A stretch of DNA of 64,000 nt from Candidatus Woesebacteria bacterium (GCA_003484955.1 DMZH01000001.1:215848-279847); one strand, 5' to 3'. Shown: positions 18,072-28,794, counted from the first letter of the stretch. Translations and numbers: made by a program. Notes: a model not told the origin generated them from the sequence alone.

Positions 18072-19049
18072 ATGGAAGAAACTGTCCAAAAACTACTTGC
18101 CGAAGGGCACGGAATTCTTGCAGCCGACGAGAGTTCTAAAACCATTGATAAAAGGTTTGCCGCACTTGGTGTTGAATCCACTTCCGAAACACACAGAAGG
18201 TATAGAGAGATGCTTTTAACTACTCCGGGAATCGGAAATTATCTTGGGGGTGTAATATTTTTTGATGAAACGGTTAGACAAAAAATTGGAGAGAAAACAT
18301 TTCCGGAGTATTTGACGGGGCAGGGAATAGTACCAGGAATAAAAGTTGATGAGGGTTTGGAACCTTTCAACGGAACTGAGGAAAAAATCACCAAGGGAAT
18401 CGAATCTCTTGATAACAGATTGAAAGGATATAAAGAAATGGACCTAAAGTTTACCAAGTGGAGAGCTGTAATCCAAATCTCCGATATTTTCCCGACGGAT
18501 GCTTTTTTGGATGAGAATATGGAGCGTTTGGCTGAATTTGCCGAAATTTCTCAAAAGAATGATTTTGTTCCGATAGTGGAACCCGAAATTCTTTTAACCG
18601 GTAACCATACCACAACGCGCTGTGATGAAATTGAAACAAAAGTCCTGCGAGTCCTTTTTGCCAAGCTCAAGTCAAAAAACATTGATTTGACGAATCTTCT
18701 TTTAAAAACTAGCATGGTTCTTCCCGGAAAAGACAGTGGTGTAAAAGCAGAACCTCTGGAAGTTGCCCATGCAACTCTTAGAGCACTAGGTAAATCAGTT
18801 CCTCCGGAGGTTGCCGGTGTAGTTTTTCTTTCAGGCGGACAGACGCCGGATGAGGCGACAAACAACTTAAATGAGATAGTAAAATTGAAGGAAGACGCTC
18901 CTTGGAAAATTTCTTTTTCTTTCGCAAGAGCTTTGCAGGAAGAAGCTATGTCCGAATGGGGGGGAAAAGATGAAAACAAACTTTCGGCTCAAGAGGTGTT
19001 TATAAAACGTTTAGAAAAGGTTTCAAATGCCCGAAATGGAAAACTTTGA
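18072..19049 (+). CDS. Class I fructose-bisphosphate aldolase
   Basis: GILAADES, GIKVDEG, KWR, VPIVEPE, FLSGGQ, FSFARALQ. Confidence 0.95.
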   Translation: MEETVQKLLAEGHGILAADESSKTIDKRFAALGVESTSETHRRYREMLLTTPGIGNYLGGVIFFDETVRQKIGEKTFPEYLTGQGIVPGIKVDEGLEPFNGTEEKITKGIESLDNRLKGYKEMDLKFTKWRAVIQISDIFPTDAFLDENMERLAEFAEISQKNDFVPIVEPEILLTGNHTTTRCDEIETKVLRVLFAKLKSKNIDLTNLLLKTSMVLPGKDSGVKAEPLEVAHATLRALGKSVPPEVAGVVFLSGGQTPDEATNNLNEIVKLKEDAPWKISFSFARALQEEAMSEWGGKDENKLSAQEVFIKRLEKVSNARNGKL

Positions 19050-20034
19050 TTTACTCTCCATAGGAGATTCTGCACTTGATGTTTTTATGACTCCTACGGA
19101 GAGTGAGACCGTTTGCAGAATCGATACCAAGGAATGTCTGATTGCTTTTTCCTATGGCGATAAAATTCCGGTTAAAAACCTGGAGTTCTCAATCGGAGGA
19201 AACGCTGCCAACAATGCGGTTGGGGTGAGGAGGCTTGGAGTTTCAACCGGAATTGTTTTGACGCTGGGGGCGGACAATGTCGGGGACATGATTGTTAAAA
19301 GACTTAAAGATGAGTTGGTTGATGTTACATATGTAATTCAACAGCCGTCAACCTCATCAAATTATTCAACAATAATAAATTATTCCGGAGAAAGGACAAT
19401 ATTTGTATATCATGCCCCGAGGAGTTATGAATTTCCGGTTCAGCTTCCCGTTGCCCCCTGGGTGTATCTTACGAGCATGGGGGAAAGTTTCAGGCCTTTT
19501 TATATCCACCTGGTTGACTGGAAAAAGAGAAACCCACAAATCAAGCTTGCTTTTAATCCGGGCAGCTGGCAGATGAGGGCAAATTTTGACGAGATAAAGG
19601 ATGTAATGAGTCTGACATATGTAATTTTCGTAAACAGAAAAGAGGCGGAAAAGCTTACCGGTTTTGGGGATTCAACAAAGAGAGAAAGAGATCTTTTGAT
19701 TTCTCTTTCCAAACTCGGACCAAAAATTTGTGTGATTACGGACGGCTCGAAAGGATCCTTCGCTTACGACAGCATTAACGGCAAGTTTTTAAGTGCAGGA
19801 GTGCTCCCTGTTGACGCCTACGAAAGAACCGGAGCGGGGGATGCTTTTGGTTCCGGAACACTCTCCGCCTTAGTTCATGGAAAAACTCTTGATGAGGCTC
19901 TTCTTTGGGGAACTTGTAATTCAGCATCTGTTATTGGCTACACAGGTTCTCAAAGGGGTCTTTTAAAATTCGAAGAAATGAACGCCTGGCTAGCTCGAGC
20001 CAAAAGCAGTGGAGTTTTGGTTCAACCTTTTTAG
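19027..20034 (+). CDS. PfkB family carbohydrate kinase
   Basis: GGNAANNAVG, ERTGAGDAF. Confidence 0.9.
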   Translation: MPEMENFDLLSIGDSALDVFMTPTESETVCRIDTKECLIAFSYGDKIPVKNLEFSIGGNAANNAVGVRRLGVSTGIVLTLGADNVGDMIVKRLKDELVDVTYVIQQPSTSSNYSTIINYSGERTIFVYHAPRSYEFPVQLPVAPWVYLTSMGESFRPFYIHLVDWKKRNPQIKLAFNPGSWQMRANFDEIKDVMSLTYVIFVNRKEAEKLTGFGDSTKRERDLLISLSKLGPKICVITDGSKGSFAYDSINGKFLSAGVLPVDAYERTGAGDAFGSGTLSALVHGKTLDEALLWGTCNSASVIGYTGSQRGLLKFEEMNAWLARAKSSGVLVQPF

Positions 20035-20045
20035 ACTTTAATCAT

Positions 20046-21056
20046 ATGGCAAAAATTTTTGTTACCAGAAAAATTCCGGGAAACAGTCTGGAAAAACTTA
20101 AAGAAAGCGGGAATGAAGTTGTAATATCGGAATTTGGCAGGCCTTTAACCGCAGAAGAACTTTTGGAGAAATCAAAGGGCGTTGATTGCCTTCTTTCACT
20201 TCTAACAGACCGGATTGATGCCGATGTAATGGACGCAATTGGACCGCAACTTAAGATAATAAGCAATTATGCCGTGGGCTTTGACAATATTGACGTAAAA
20301 GCTGCGGGGGACAGGGGAATAATTGTAACCAACACTCCCAGTGATGAAGTCAACGAGGCCGTTGCGGAGCATACCTGGGCCCTGATTCTTGCCTTAGCCA
20401 GAAGAATTGTCGAATCCGACGAGTTTGTCAGAAATCAGGGTTATTTTGCCGCCTCAGGTGGATATAAAGGTTGGGAACCGGACTCATTCCTTGGTCCTTC
20501 CGTAAAAGGTAAAACGTTAGGGATTATTGGACTGGGGAGAATTGGTTCCATGGTGGCCAGACGTGCCAAAGGATACGAACTTACAGTCCTTTACAATAAA
20601 CACAGCAGGGAGTTGGAAATAGAGAAGGAGATGGGGATTAGATTTTGTGAATTGGATGAACTTTTGGCTTCGTCAGACTTTGTAACCCTGCATGTCCCCT
20701 TGACTGATGAAACTCGGGGAATGATCAACAAAGAAACTTTGGGTAGGATGAAGCAAGGATCCTATTTGGTTAATACCGCCAGAGGCCCGATTGTAGATGA
20801 AAGTGATTTGATAGAGGCACTGGACAGCGGAAAATTGGCAGGGGCGGCACTGGACGTTTTTGAAAGCGAACCCACTATCAGTCCGAAATTAATATCCATG
20901 CCAAATGTTATTATGACCCCGCATATTGCCAGTGCCACCTGGGAGGCAAGAAATAAAATGGGGGAGCAGGCGGTTACCGCCATTATTGATGTGATAAACG
21001 GTGCTAAACCTCAAAACATGGTTGACGAGAGAGTCTGGGATGTCCGAAGAAAATAA
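20046..21056 (+). CDS. D-2-hydroxyacid dehydrogenase (glyoxylate/hydroxypyruvate reductase)
   Basis: GLGRIG, NTARG, LDVFESEP, TPHIASAT. Confidence 0.92.
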   Translation: MAKIFVTRKIPGNSLEKLKESGNEVVISEFGRPLTAEELLEKSKGVDCLLSLLTDRIDADVMDAIGPQLKIISNYAVGFDNIDVKAAGDRGIIVTNTPSDEVNEAVAEHTWALILALARRIVESDEFVRNQGYFAASGGYKGWEPDSFLGPSVKGKTLGIIGLGRIGSMVARRAKGYELTVLYNKHSRELEIEKEMGIRFCELDELLASSDFVTLHVPLTDETRGMINKETLGRMKQGSYLVNTARGPIVDESDLIEALDSGKLAGAALDVFESEPTISPKLISMPNVIMTPHIASATWEARNKMGEQAVTAIIDVINGAKPQNMVDERVWDVRRK

Positions 21057-21078
21057 ACTTCTTATATAGAATAAATTT

Positions 21079-21396
21079 ATGGCAATTTTTGGAAAAAAAG
21101 AAGACGAATTTGAAGAAGAGGAAGATTTTAGATCCGGTAGAAAAATTACCAGGAAGTTTAAAGATCTAAACCCTGAAAATAAAAAAAGGAGAAAAGAACC
21201 TCCCAAACCCTGGGGTAAAAAAGAGAGACTAATTGTGCTGATTGTTCTTCTTGTATCGACTTTAACTTCGGTTATACTGCTGTTTAGCAACTCTTTTAAA
21301 ATTAAGTTTGCCGAATTCCGTATTGGAGTACCCGAGTTTAATCTGAATTCGATAAATATCTTTAAAGGTGAGACAATAGTTATCGAGAAAAAATAA
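21079..21396 (+). CDS. Hypothetical single-TM protein
   Basis: 105-aa ORF with charged N-terminus and one TM. Confidence 0.65.
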   Translation: MAIFGKKEDEFEEEEDFRSGRKITRKFKDLNPENKKRRKEPPKPWGKKERLIVLIVLLVSTLTSVILLFSNSFKIKFAEFRIGVPEFNLNSINIFKGETIVIEKK

Positions 21397-21404
21397 CATT
21401 CAAT

Positions 21405-22070
21405 ATGAAGAAACTTACTTCACCATTCACGCTTATTAAAAAATCGCTGGAAATATTTACTAAAAAGGAAAATTTTCTTTTTCTAATCAAAATTTATCTG
21501 CCGGTGGCGGTTTTATCGTTGATTTCATTGGCTTTTATAAACATTCCCTTTTTGTCTAAAACGTTGGACGCTTCTTTGGGGAACGCCGTAAATATAGTAG
21601 TCGGCATAATCTTCCTCGTTTTCTCGGTTTTTATGAGCATAGCCGGAATAATGGCTGTTATCAGGATAATCGACGGTAAAAATCTGCGAGTGGAAGGGGT
21701 TTATAAAGAAGCTTTTTCAAAATTTGGAATTTTCTTCTTGCTGACAATTACCATTTATTTAATAAATCTCCTGGGACTGGTTTTGTTGATCGTTCCGTTT
21801 GTTCTTGTGGTTATCTGGTTTGCGTTCAGTAAATTTGTAATGGTTGATAAAGGCGTCGGAATCAAAGTATCGCTTCTAGAAAGTAAGGGTATGGTGAAAG
21901 GGATTTTTTGGCAAGTTCTCGGCAGGTTAATTATCTTCGGACTCTTTTGGTTTTTCTCACAGATGGTATTGTCAGTTTTACCTTTCGGAATAGGGACTGT
22001 TATTTATGGTCTTTGCGGAGGGCTTTTTGTAATTCCGTCGTTTCTTCTCTACAGGGAAATTAACGGGTAA
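21405..22070 (+). CDS. Polytopic membrane protein
   Basis: Several TM helices; SLLESKGMVKGIFWQVLGR pattern. Confidence 0.75.
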   Translation: MKKLTSPFTLIKKSLEIFTKKENFLFLIKIYLPVAVLSLISLAFINIPFLSKTLDASLGNAVNIVVGIIFLVFSVFMSIAGIMAVIRIIDGKNLRVEGVYKEAFSKFGIFFLLTITIYLINLLGLVLLIVPFVLVVIWFAFSKFVMVDKGVGIKVSLLESKGMVKGIFWQVLGRLIIFGLFWFFSQMVLSVLPFGIGTVIYGLCGGLFVIPSFLLYREING

Positions 22071-24360
22071 ACTCTGTACTGGCTCCCGTGTCGAGAATTT
22101 TGTTTTTCTTTTTTCTCTCATCGTCATCTAACCGTTTTTGATCAAAATTGCAGTGTTTAGTTGGACGGTTCTCATCTAAAAACCATTCTTGCCTGGTGGG
22201 ACAATTATCGCAAGGAAGTGTGCCCGATAGAGAACAGATATTTACTTTACTGATGCCGTCCGGAACTTTCCAATCGATAGATGGCTGTCCGTTTAAAACC
22301 GCCATCATAATTTTATTCCAGATAGGAGAGGCTCCGGTTACACCTGAAGCGACACGACTCATGGGGGAGTTGTCATTATTTCCAACCCAGGTTAATACTA
22401 AATAGTTTTGGTTATATCCCACTGTCCAATTATCCCTGAGGTCATTACTGGTCCCTGTTTTAACTGCTATTTCAGGATGATCTTTTACTGCCAGGTAGGA
22501 GTTATATCCGAATTCAGGCGCCCTAGCGCCGTTATCTTTAAGAATGTCTGTCAAAAGAAACGCAACTCTCTCGTCAATTACCTGGGTTACCACCGGATCA
22601 TTTTTTTCTAAGATTTGTCCCTTGTAATTTTTAACTTCCAAAATTGGCATAAAATCGGGTCTTTTGCCCGAGCCTGCCAGTGTCGCGTAGACTTTAGACA
22701 GATCAAGGGCTGTAACAGCACCTCCTCCGAGTGTTAAGGAAAGTCCGTAATCGGAGGGGTTCTCCCAAGTCGTGATTCCCATTTTTCGGCCTTCCTCAAT
22801 CATTTTTGGAACACCATACGAAGCAAGAATTTTTACTGCTGGAATATTTCTACTTTGGGCAAGTGCGCTTCTCAGGGTAATTTGTCCCCGATATTGCCCA
22901 TCGTAGTTTACCGGAGTGTAGGATGTTGTTCCTGGTGTATAAAAGGTAATTGAGGAGTCATCGATAATCGAGGCGGGCGTAAATCCGTTGGAAAGTGCGT
23001 AAGCATAATTTACAACCTTAATTGAACTTCCGGGTTGTCTTACACTTGTAATAACATTTACGTTTCCATCATTTTCGGTATCGAAATAATTTTTTGATCC
23101 CACCATCGCTAAAATTTCTCCGGTTTGGGGATTCATAACAAGCGCTGCACCGTTTCCAACATGGAGTCTGTCCAGTTTGTCTACTTCGGCCTTAACAATT
23201 TGTTCAGTGGCTTCTTGTATGGGCAAGTCCAGGCTGGTTGTGACTTCAAGTCCTCCTTTTTCGACAACGCTCTCCCCATATTTATCGACAAGAAGCTGCC
23301 TGATATACATCACAAAATGAGGGGCTTTGATTTCCGTCTTTCTCGAAACAAAATGCAGCTTCTCGGCGGCTGCCGTGATTGCCTGACTTTGGGAGATGTA
23401 TTTATTTATCATCATCAAACGTAAAACCTCCTTTTGTCTTTCAAAAGCAAGCTCCGGGTTCGATCCGAATGGTGAGAAAGTCGTCGGGCTTTTAGGAAGT
23501 CCTGCCAGAAGAGCAGCCTCTGATAGAGAAATATCTTCGACATTTTTTCCGAAATATGATTCGGATGCTTCCTGGATTCCGTATGCAGTGCCGCCATAAC
23601 TCACCTCATTCAAATACATTTCAAAGATTTGATCTTTGGTGTAAATCGTTTCAATTTCGACGGAAAGAATTAATTCACGAATCTTACGTGTTATTGTTTT
23701 TTCGGGGGAGAGGAGTGTGTTTTTAACAAGCTGCTGAGTAATAGTTGAACCTCCTTGAACCGAGCCGGTTTTAACATCTTGTACTATTGCCCTAAAAATT
23801 CCTCTCAGGGAAAATCCGGGATGGGAATAAAACTCGGCGTCTTCAGCAGCCAAAGTTGCCAGTTTTACACTGTCCGGAATTTGAGTTAGGGGAATTATGG
23901 TTCTGTTTTTATCCTTATATATTTTGTAGAGGAGATTGCCGTTTCGGTCATAAATTTTGGTTGAAACTTCGGGAACCCTGGACCCAAGCTCTCCGGGAGA
24001 CGGCATGTCGCGGATGATAAAAAAGTAAAAAGCGGAAACAAGAAATAAAGCCAGGATCAATGTTGCAAAAAAAGACCAGGCTTTGCGGCGCGGGCGGCGT
24101 TTTCGTTTCTTCTCCGATTTAGCAAAAAAGTTTTTAAAACGTGTAGAAACTTTTATGAAAATTAATCCTAAACGAAGTTCCTCAAGTCTCAGGGAAAATT
24201 TGGAAAACACCGATTTCTTTGCTTTGCCTTTACTTTTCTTTTTAACTTTAATTGATCCTATTTTATTTGTGATTACGACCGGCAAAAGAAGTAAACCGGC
24301 AAGAAAAAAATATATAGGCTTGCCGAGTAGGCTGAGAATCCGTTTAGTTGCTTTAACCAT
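22060..24360 (-). CDS. Class A penicillin-binding protein (transglycosylase-transpeptidase)
   Basis: EDAEFYSH, GGSTITQQL, RKIRE; SSIK, SRN, KTGT. Confidence 0.95.
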   Translation of the reverse strand: MVKATKRILSLLGKPIYFFLAGLLLLPVVITNKIGSIKVKKKSKGKAKKSVFSKFSLRLEELRLGLIFIKVSTRFKNFFAKSEKKRKRRPRRKAWSFFATLILALFLVSAFYFFIIRDMPSPGELGSRVPEVSTKIYDRNGNLLYKIYKDKNRTIIPLTQIPDSVKLATLAAEDAEFYSHPGFSLRGIFRAIVQDVKTGSVQGGSTITQQLVKNTLLSPEKTITRKIRELILSVEIETIYTKDQIFEMYLNEVSYGGTAYGIQEASESYFGKNVEDISLSEAALLAGLPKSPTTFSPFGSNPELAFERQKEVLRLMMINKYISQSQAITAAAEKLHFVSRKTEIKAPHFVMYIRQLLVDKYGESVVEKGGLEVTTSLDLPIQEATEQIVKAEVDKLDRLHVGNGAALVMNPQTGEILAMVGSKNYFDTENDGNVNVITSVRQPGSSIKVVNYAYALSNGFTPASIIDDSSITFYTPGTTSYTPVNYDGQYRGQITLRSALAQSRNIPAVKILASYGVPKMIEEGRKMGITTWENPSDYGLSLTLGGGAVTALDLSKVYATLAGSGKRPDFMPILEVKNYKGQILEKNDPVVTQVIDERVAFLLTDILKDNGARAPEFGYNSYLAVKDHPEIAVKTGTSNDLRDNWTVGYNQNYLVLTWVGNNDNSPMSRVASGVTGASPIWNKIMMAVLNGQPSIDWKVPDGISKVNICSLSGTLPCDNCPTRQEWFLDENRPTKHCNFDQKRLDDDERKKKNKILDTGASTEFTR

Positions 24361-24404
24361 TTTCCGCGAATTGTAACAGTAAAACCGCCAAAATAAAAGC
24401 TAAA

Positions 24405-26627
24405 TCAGCGTAGAGGGTAGTTTATAGTTGCCGATCCGGAAGCAATAGCACAGGTCAGACAGAATAGTGTTCCGTCAGGATCTGTATAAGTGGGTTTATT
24501 TTCCGTATGAACTTGATCCGGCGGATCAGAGGAGGAAGCCATCTGACCGGTGGCATTATTTATAAGAATATCCTGAAATATGATGTTTGATGTTGCCGGA
24601 ACGGTTCCTGTAAGAAAATACTCAAATCTTGTCGGACATCCGGGATTCCCTGGATCTTGAGATGGAGGAGCGCCTCCGGTATCGGCACAAATTGTTGCTC
24701 CAACCACGCCGTCCGGTTGTTTTGGCCAAGCGTGTCCTTTATCATTGGGGTCATAATCTCCGGCCTCAGCTTTAGCAAGCACCGCTTTCATAATTTTGTT
24801 CCAGATGGGAGAGGCTCCGGAGACTCCGGAAACCGCACCACCCATTGAACTGTTATCGTTGTTTCCCACCCAAGTAACAACAACAGCATCTGCCGTGTAG
24901 CCGACAGTCCAATTATCGCGTCTATCGTTTGTTGTACCTGTTTTAACCGAAACTTCAGGGTGCCCCGCCACATTCAGGAAAGAACTTGGACCAAACGCTC
25001 CCGTTCTGGCATTGTTGTCCAAAAGTATGTGGGATGTTAAAAATGTAACACTGGGTTCTAAAATTCGATTTCCTGTTAACACATTTTTAGAAGGATCATA
25101 TTCGGATAGTGTATTCCCTTTCCAATCGGTAACTTTTGTTATCGCGACAAGAGGCTGCTCAATTCCTTGATTAGCAAAGACTCCGTAGGCAACTGCCATA
25201 TCATAGGGCCGGACTAAGATTCCGCCCAAAGTTGCGGAAAGTCCGTAATCTTTTGGATCGGTAAGGGTGGTTAAACCCATCTTTTTCCCAAAATCGATGA
25301 AATTTTCCAGACCGTTCAGAGCCAGTACCCTTACGGCAGGAATGTTGTATGAATTTCCCAGCACAAATCTTGTCTGAACCAAACCATGAAAAGTTCCGTC
25401 ATAATTTACCGGACAGTAATCGGGTTGACCCGGTACCCTAAAACAGGTTGGAACATCCGCAAAAGCCGTTGCCAAAGTTATTTTTTGATCCCTAATGGCC
25501 AGAGCATAATTCAAAGGTTTGATGGAGCTTCCCGGTTGCCTTTGGGAAAGAACTACGTTTACTTTGCCGTCCTCATCCGTGGCAAAATAGTCTTTTGAAC
25601 CTACCATCGCCAAAATCTCACCGGTAGAGGGTCTTGTAACAATTGCGGCGCCATTTCCAACTTTCTGTTTTTTAAGTTTGGCAACCTCTGTCGCAACAGC
25701 CTGCTGGGCCAGATTTTGTATGTCCAGATCCAGCGTTGTGTAAACTCTTAAGCCGCCCTGTTCTACGATTTTCTCGCCATATTTTTCGGCAAGCTGTTCT
25801 TTAATCCAAAGCGCAAAATGGGGCGCTTGCGTGGGATTAATATTTGCGTAATGAAGCTCCTCTTTACTTGCCTGATCAACTTCTTCCTTTGTGATATATT
25901 TATTCGCAATCATTTGTCTCAAAACTTCTTCCTGCCTGCCCTTTGCAAGTTCCGGATGGGCCCCGAATGGCGAGTAAGTGGAGGGCCTTTGCGGCAGTCC
26001 TGCCAAAAGAGCCGACTCGGCAAGACTTAAATCTTTTGTGGATTTACCAAAATATGTCTCACTGGCGGATTCAACTCCATAGGCAGTTCCTCCGTAGGGG
26101 ATTGTATTTAAATACATTTCCAGAATTTGATCCTTGGAATAAATAGACTCAATAACAACCGTTAAAATCAGCTCCTGAGCTTTTCGTCTGATAGTTTTCT
26201 CACTAGTTAGAAGTGAATTTTTTACAAGTTGCTGAGAGATGGTTGAGCCTCCCTGAACCTCGTGCTTAAAAATTGTGTTATAAAGTGCGCGGGCAATTCC
26301 CGTATATGAGACTCCCTGATGTTTATAAAAATCCTTATCTTCAATTGAAACAGTCGCATTTTTAAGGTAGACCGGAATTTCATTAAGTTTAATTGGTGTC
26401 CTTTTCCTGTCGGTATAAATTTCGTAAATCAACCTGCTGTTTCTGTCAAATATCTTAGTTGACACTGGTAATGTTTCGGAAATAAGTTTTGTAGGAAGAG
26501 GAATTCCCCAAAAAAGGTAAACTCCGACCACTGTTACGACCCCCCAATAAACCGTAGCCTTAATTCCGCGCCTGGTGGTAAGTAAATATCTAGTTTTATA
26601 GCTGATTAATTTAAAAAGCCTTTTCAT
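24405..26627 (-). CDS. Class A penicillin-binding protein, paralog
   Basis: EDKDFYKH, GGSTISQQL; SSIK, SYN, KTGT. Confidence 0.95.
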   Translation of the reverse strand: MKRLFKLISYKTRYLLTTRRGIKATVYWGVVTVVGVYLFWGIPLPTKLISETLPVSTKIFDRNSRLIYEIYTDRKRTPIKLNEIPVYLKNATVSIEDKDFYKHQGVSYTGIARALYNTIFKHEVQGGSTISQQLVKNSLLTSEKTIRRKAQELILTVVIESIYSKDQILEMYLNTIPYGGTAYGVESASETYFGKSTKDLSLAESALLAGLPQRPSTYSPFGAHPELAKGRQEEVLRQMIANKYITKEEVDQASKEELHYANINPTQAPHFALWIKEQLAEKYGEKIVEQGGLRVYTTLDLDIQNLAQQAVATEVAKLKKQKVGNGAAIVTRPSTGEILAMVGSKDYFATDEDGKVNVVLSQRQPGSSIKPLNYALAIRDQKITLATAFADVPTCFRVPGQPDYCPVNYDGTFHGLVQTRFVLGNSYNIPAVRVLALNGLENFIDFGKKMGLTTLTDPKDYGLSATLGGILVRPYDMAVAYGVFANQGIEQPLVAITKVTDWKGNTLSEYDPSKNVLTGNRILEPSVTFLTSHILLDNNARTGAFGPSSFLNVAGHPEVSVKTGTTNDRRDNWTVGYTADAVVVTWVGNNDNSSMGGAVSGVSGASPIWNKIMKAVLAKAEAGDYDPNDKGHAWPKQPDGVVGATICADTGGAPPSQDPGNPGCPTRFEYFLTGTVPATSNIIFQDILINNATGQMASSSDPPDQVHTENKPTYTDPDGTLFCLTCAIASGSATINYPLR

Positions 26628-26720
26628 TCGGAAAGAAAGTATATTACATTATATTACAGATAGTGTAATCTGTTATTGCGGAGAGCATAAGTCAAACTTT
26701 TGATACAATATATCTTATTA

Positions 26721-27230
26721 ATGGAAACCCTCAAACAACTTGAATCAAGATCCTGGTGGAAATATCTTGGCGAGGATATTCAGAAACTTCTTTCAACATC
26801 GGAATTTCTTTATGATGTTGTTGAAGGTTGGGGAGCAGATCTGCCGGGTGGGAAAGAGAAATTCCATGATTATTCTTTTGTACTCTTCCCCGCGGCGAAG
26901 GCTTACGAAGGTTTTTTGAAGAAAATGTTTTTGGATATGGGATTTATCACTGAAGAGGATTATTTCGGTAAGCATTTTAGAATCGGCAAAGCACTTAACC
27001 CCTCACTACCCAGAGAACTGAGAAACGAAAGCGTGTATGACAAAATTGTCCAATATTGCCGGGGGGAAGATCTGGCGGATCACCTTTGGGAGACATGGAG
27101 ACTCTGCAGAAATTTAATTTTTCACTGGTTTCCGAATGAAAAAAATGCAATTACCTTGCCCGAGGCAAGGCAGAGGATGGAAATGATAATAAATGCAATT
27201 GATGAAGCTTTTGAAGGGTGTAAGATATAA
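26721..27230 (+). CDS. Hypothetical protein with HEPN/RnlA-like motifs
   Basis: DYSFVLFPAAKAYEGFLKK and RNLIFH (R-x4-H). Confidence 0.55.
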   Translation: METLKQLESRSWWKYLGEDIQKLLSTSEFLYDVVEGWGADLPGGKEKFHDYSFVLFPAAKAYEGFLKKMFLDMGFITEEDYFGKHFRIGKALNPSLPRELRNESVYDKIVQYCRGEDLADHLWETWRLCRNLIFHWFPNEKNAITLPEARQRMEMIINAIDEAFEGCKI

Positions 27231-27280
27231 GATATACTTTGCATCTCGTGAACTCGATGTAAAATAAAATAGAAGGAAAA

Positions 27281-27931
27281 ATGACTGCCAAGACGACAGT
27301 AGTAAAACACGTAACTATTTATTCAGTTTATCTTCTTTTGGTTTGGACTGCTTATCGTTTTTTACGACTCCAACTTCCGGACCAGGTTGAAGAACTTATT
27401 ATTAAACCCATTATCTGGCTGTTGCCTATATTCTGGTTTACAACTAAAGAAAAGTTTCCTCTGTCATCGCTTGGAATAACTTTCAAAAATCTTTTTCCGG
27501 CAATTTATCTTTCATTGGGACTTGGGGCGATCTTTGTAATTGAAGCGGTATTAACCAATTTCTTTAAATATGGGCGTTTTAATTTCGGGGCAAATATAGG
27601 CAATATGCCAATACTTTCCTCGCTCGGTCTTTCTTTCGCGACCGCCTTTTCGGAAGAAACCGCCTTTAGGGGATATATTTTCGGAAGGCTTTGGTTTACT
27701 TTGAAAGACGAATGGTCTGCGAATGTCGCCAGTTCGATTATTTGGACGATTGTACATATTCCGATAGCATTTTTGGTTTGGAAATTAAATCTCGTCTCAG
27801 GAATTTTATACCTGCTCCTTACGGCGGCATTCGGAATAGGATCAGCATTCATTTTCGGGAGAACTAAGAACATTTTCGGTTCGATCCTGCTTCATGTACT
27901 TTGGGAATGGCCGATTATTCTTTTTAGGTAA
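27281..27931 (+). CDS. CPBP (CAAX/Abi) intramembrane metalloprotease
   Basis: EETAFRG, WTIVH, ILLHVLWE. Confidence 0.9.
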   Translation: MTAKTTVVKHVTIYSVYLLLVWTAYRFLRLQLPDQVEELIIKPIIWLLPIFWFTTKEKFPLSSLGITFKNLFPAIYLSLGLGAIFVIEAVLTNFFKYGRFNFGANIGNMPILSSLGLSFATAFSEETAFRGYIFGRLWFTLKDEWSANVASSIIWTIVHIPIAFLVWKLNLVSGILYLLLTAAFGIGSAFIFGRTKNIFGSILLHVLWEWPIILFR

Positions 27932-27975
27932 CTTGACACAGGGAAAGTGTCCGAAGTAGGATTATATTTATCCTA

Positions 27976-28596
27976 ATGAAAAATTTTTTACTCGTCGCTG
28001 CTATTTTCATCTTCGCCTTTGCCGTGCTTTTCATCTCAATTTTCGATTCATCAGCCATAAATTATCCCGTTTCACAATCTCCATATCAGCCGCTTGTGGG
28101 TTCAAAGGCACCGGAAATTAACTATCATCTTCCTTATTCAGGAAATGTTTTGCCGGATAGCCCTTTATGGCCCCTTAAAGCATTAAGGGATAAAGTCTGG
28201 ATTGGGGTGACAACCTCCCATCTTAGAAGAGCCGAACTTGCCCTGCTTTTTTCCGATAAAAGATTGGTTATGACACAGAAACTTTTTGAAAAAGGGGAAC
28301 CGGATATTGCCATATCCACTTTCACAAAAGGGGAAATGTATTTTCCGATTGCCGTGGAGGAAGAAAAAATTGCCAGATCCCAGGGGGTGGATACGTCTAT
28401 TTTTTTAAACAAATTGGCCTTATCGGCTTTGAAACACAGAGAGGTTGCAGAGGATTTGATACAGTTAGCACCGGAGGATATAAGGCCACTTATTATCAAG
28501 ACGGAAGATTATGCAAAAGACACATATGAACTAGCAAAAGACCTGTTAAATTCAAAAGGATTGCCGGTTCCGAAAGATCCATTTATTAGGGATTAA
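27976..28596 (+). CDS. DUF5667-like protein
   Basis: N-terminal TM; LPDSPLWPLKALRD...LLFSDKRL. Confidence 0.75.
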   Translation: MKNFLLVAAIFIFAFAVLFISIFDSSAINYPVSQSPYQPLVGSKAPEINYHLPYSGNVLPDSPLWPLKALRDKVWIGVTTSHLRRAELALLFSDKRLVMTQKLFEKGEPDIAISTFTKGEMYFPIAVEEEKIARSQGVDTSIFLNKLALSALKHREVAEDLIQLAPEDIRPLIIKTEDYAKDTYELAKDLLNSKGLPVPKDPFIRD

Positions 28597-28746
28597 ATGC
28601 CTTAATTGCCTCATTTTTTTATACTATTTTTTGGTTCTCCAAAAACCCGAAAAAATTATTCCCGCAAAAACTACAGGAATTGTAAAAATACCAGGCTTAG
28701 CACACGCCTGAGGTGATATATTTTGAACAAAAGCTTACCAGTTGAC

Positions 28747-28794
28747 AGTCTACGGGTAGTGTTTAAAAATCAGTACTGTCACTATTTGTAGAGC
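28747..28794 (+). promoter_or_regulatory. Tandem NrdR-box-like operators
   Basis: AGTCTACGGGTAGTGT (28747) and TCACTATTTGTAGAGC (28779), starts 32 bp apart, resemble consensus acaCwAtATaTwGtgt; the first overlaps TTGACA at 28742; upstream of nrdR-nrdJ. Confidence 0.55.

Noticed and set aside
22060-26627. Tandem class A PBP paralogs as a novelty
   Set aside because: Both are intact, diverged, ordinary bifunctional PBPs; the duplication is unremarkable.
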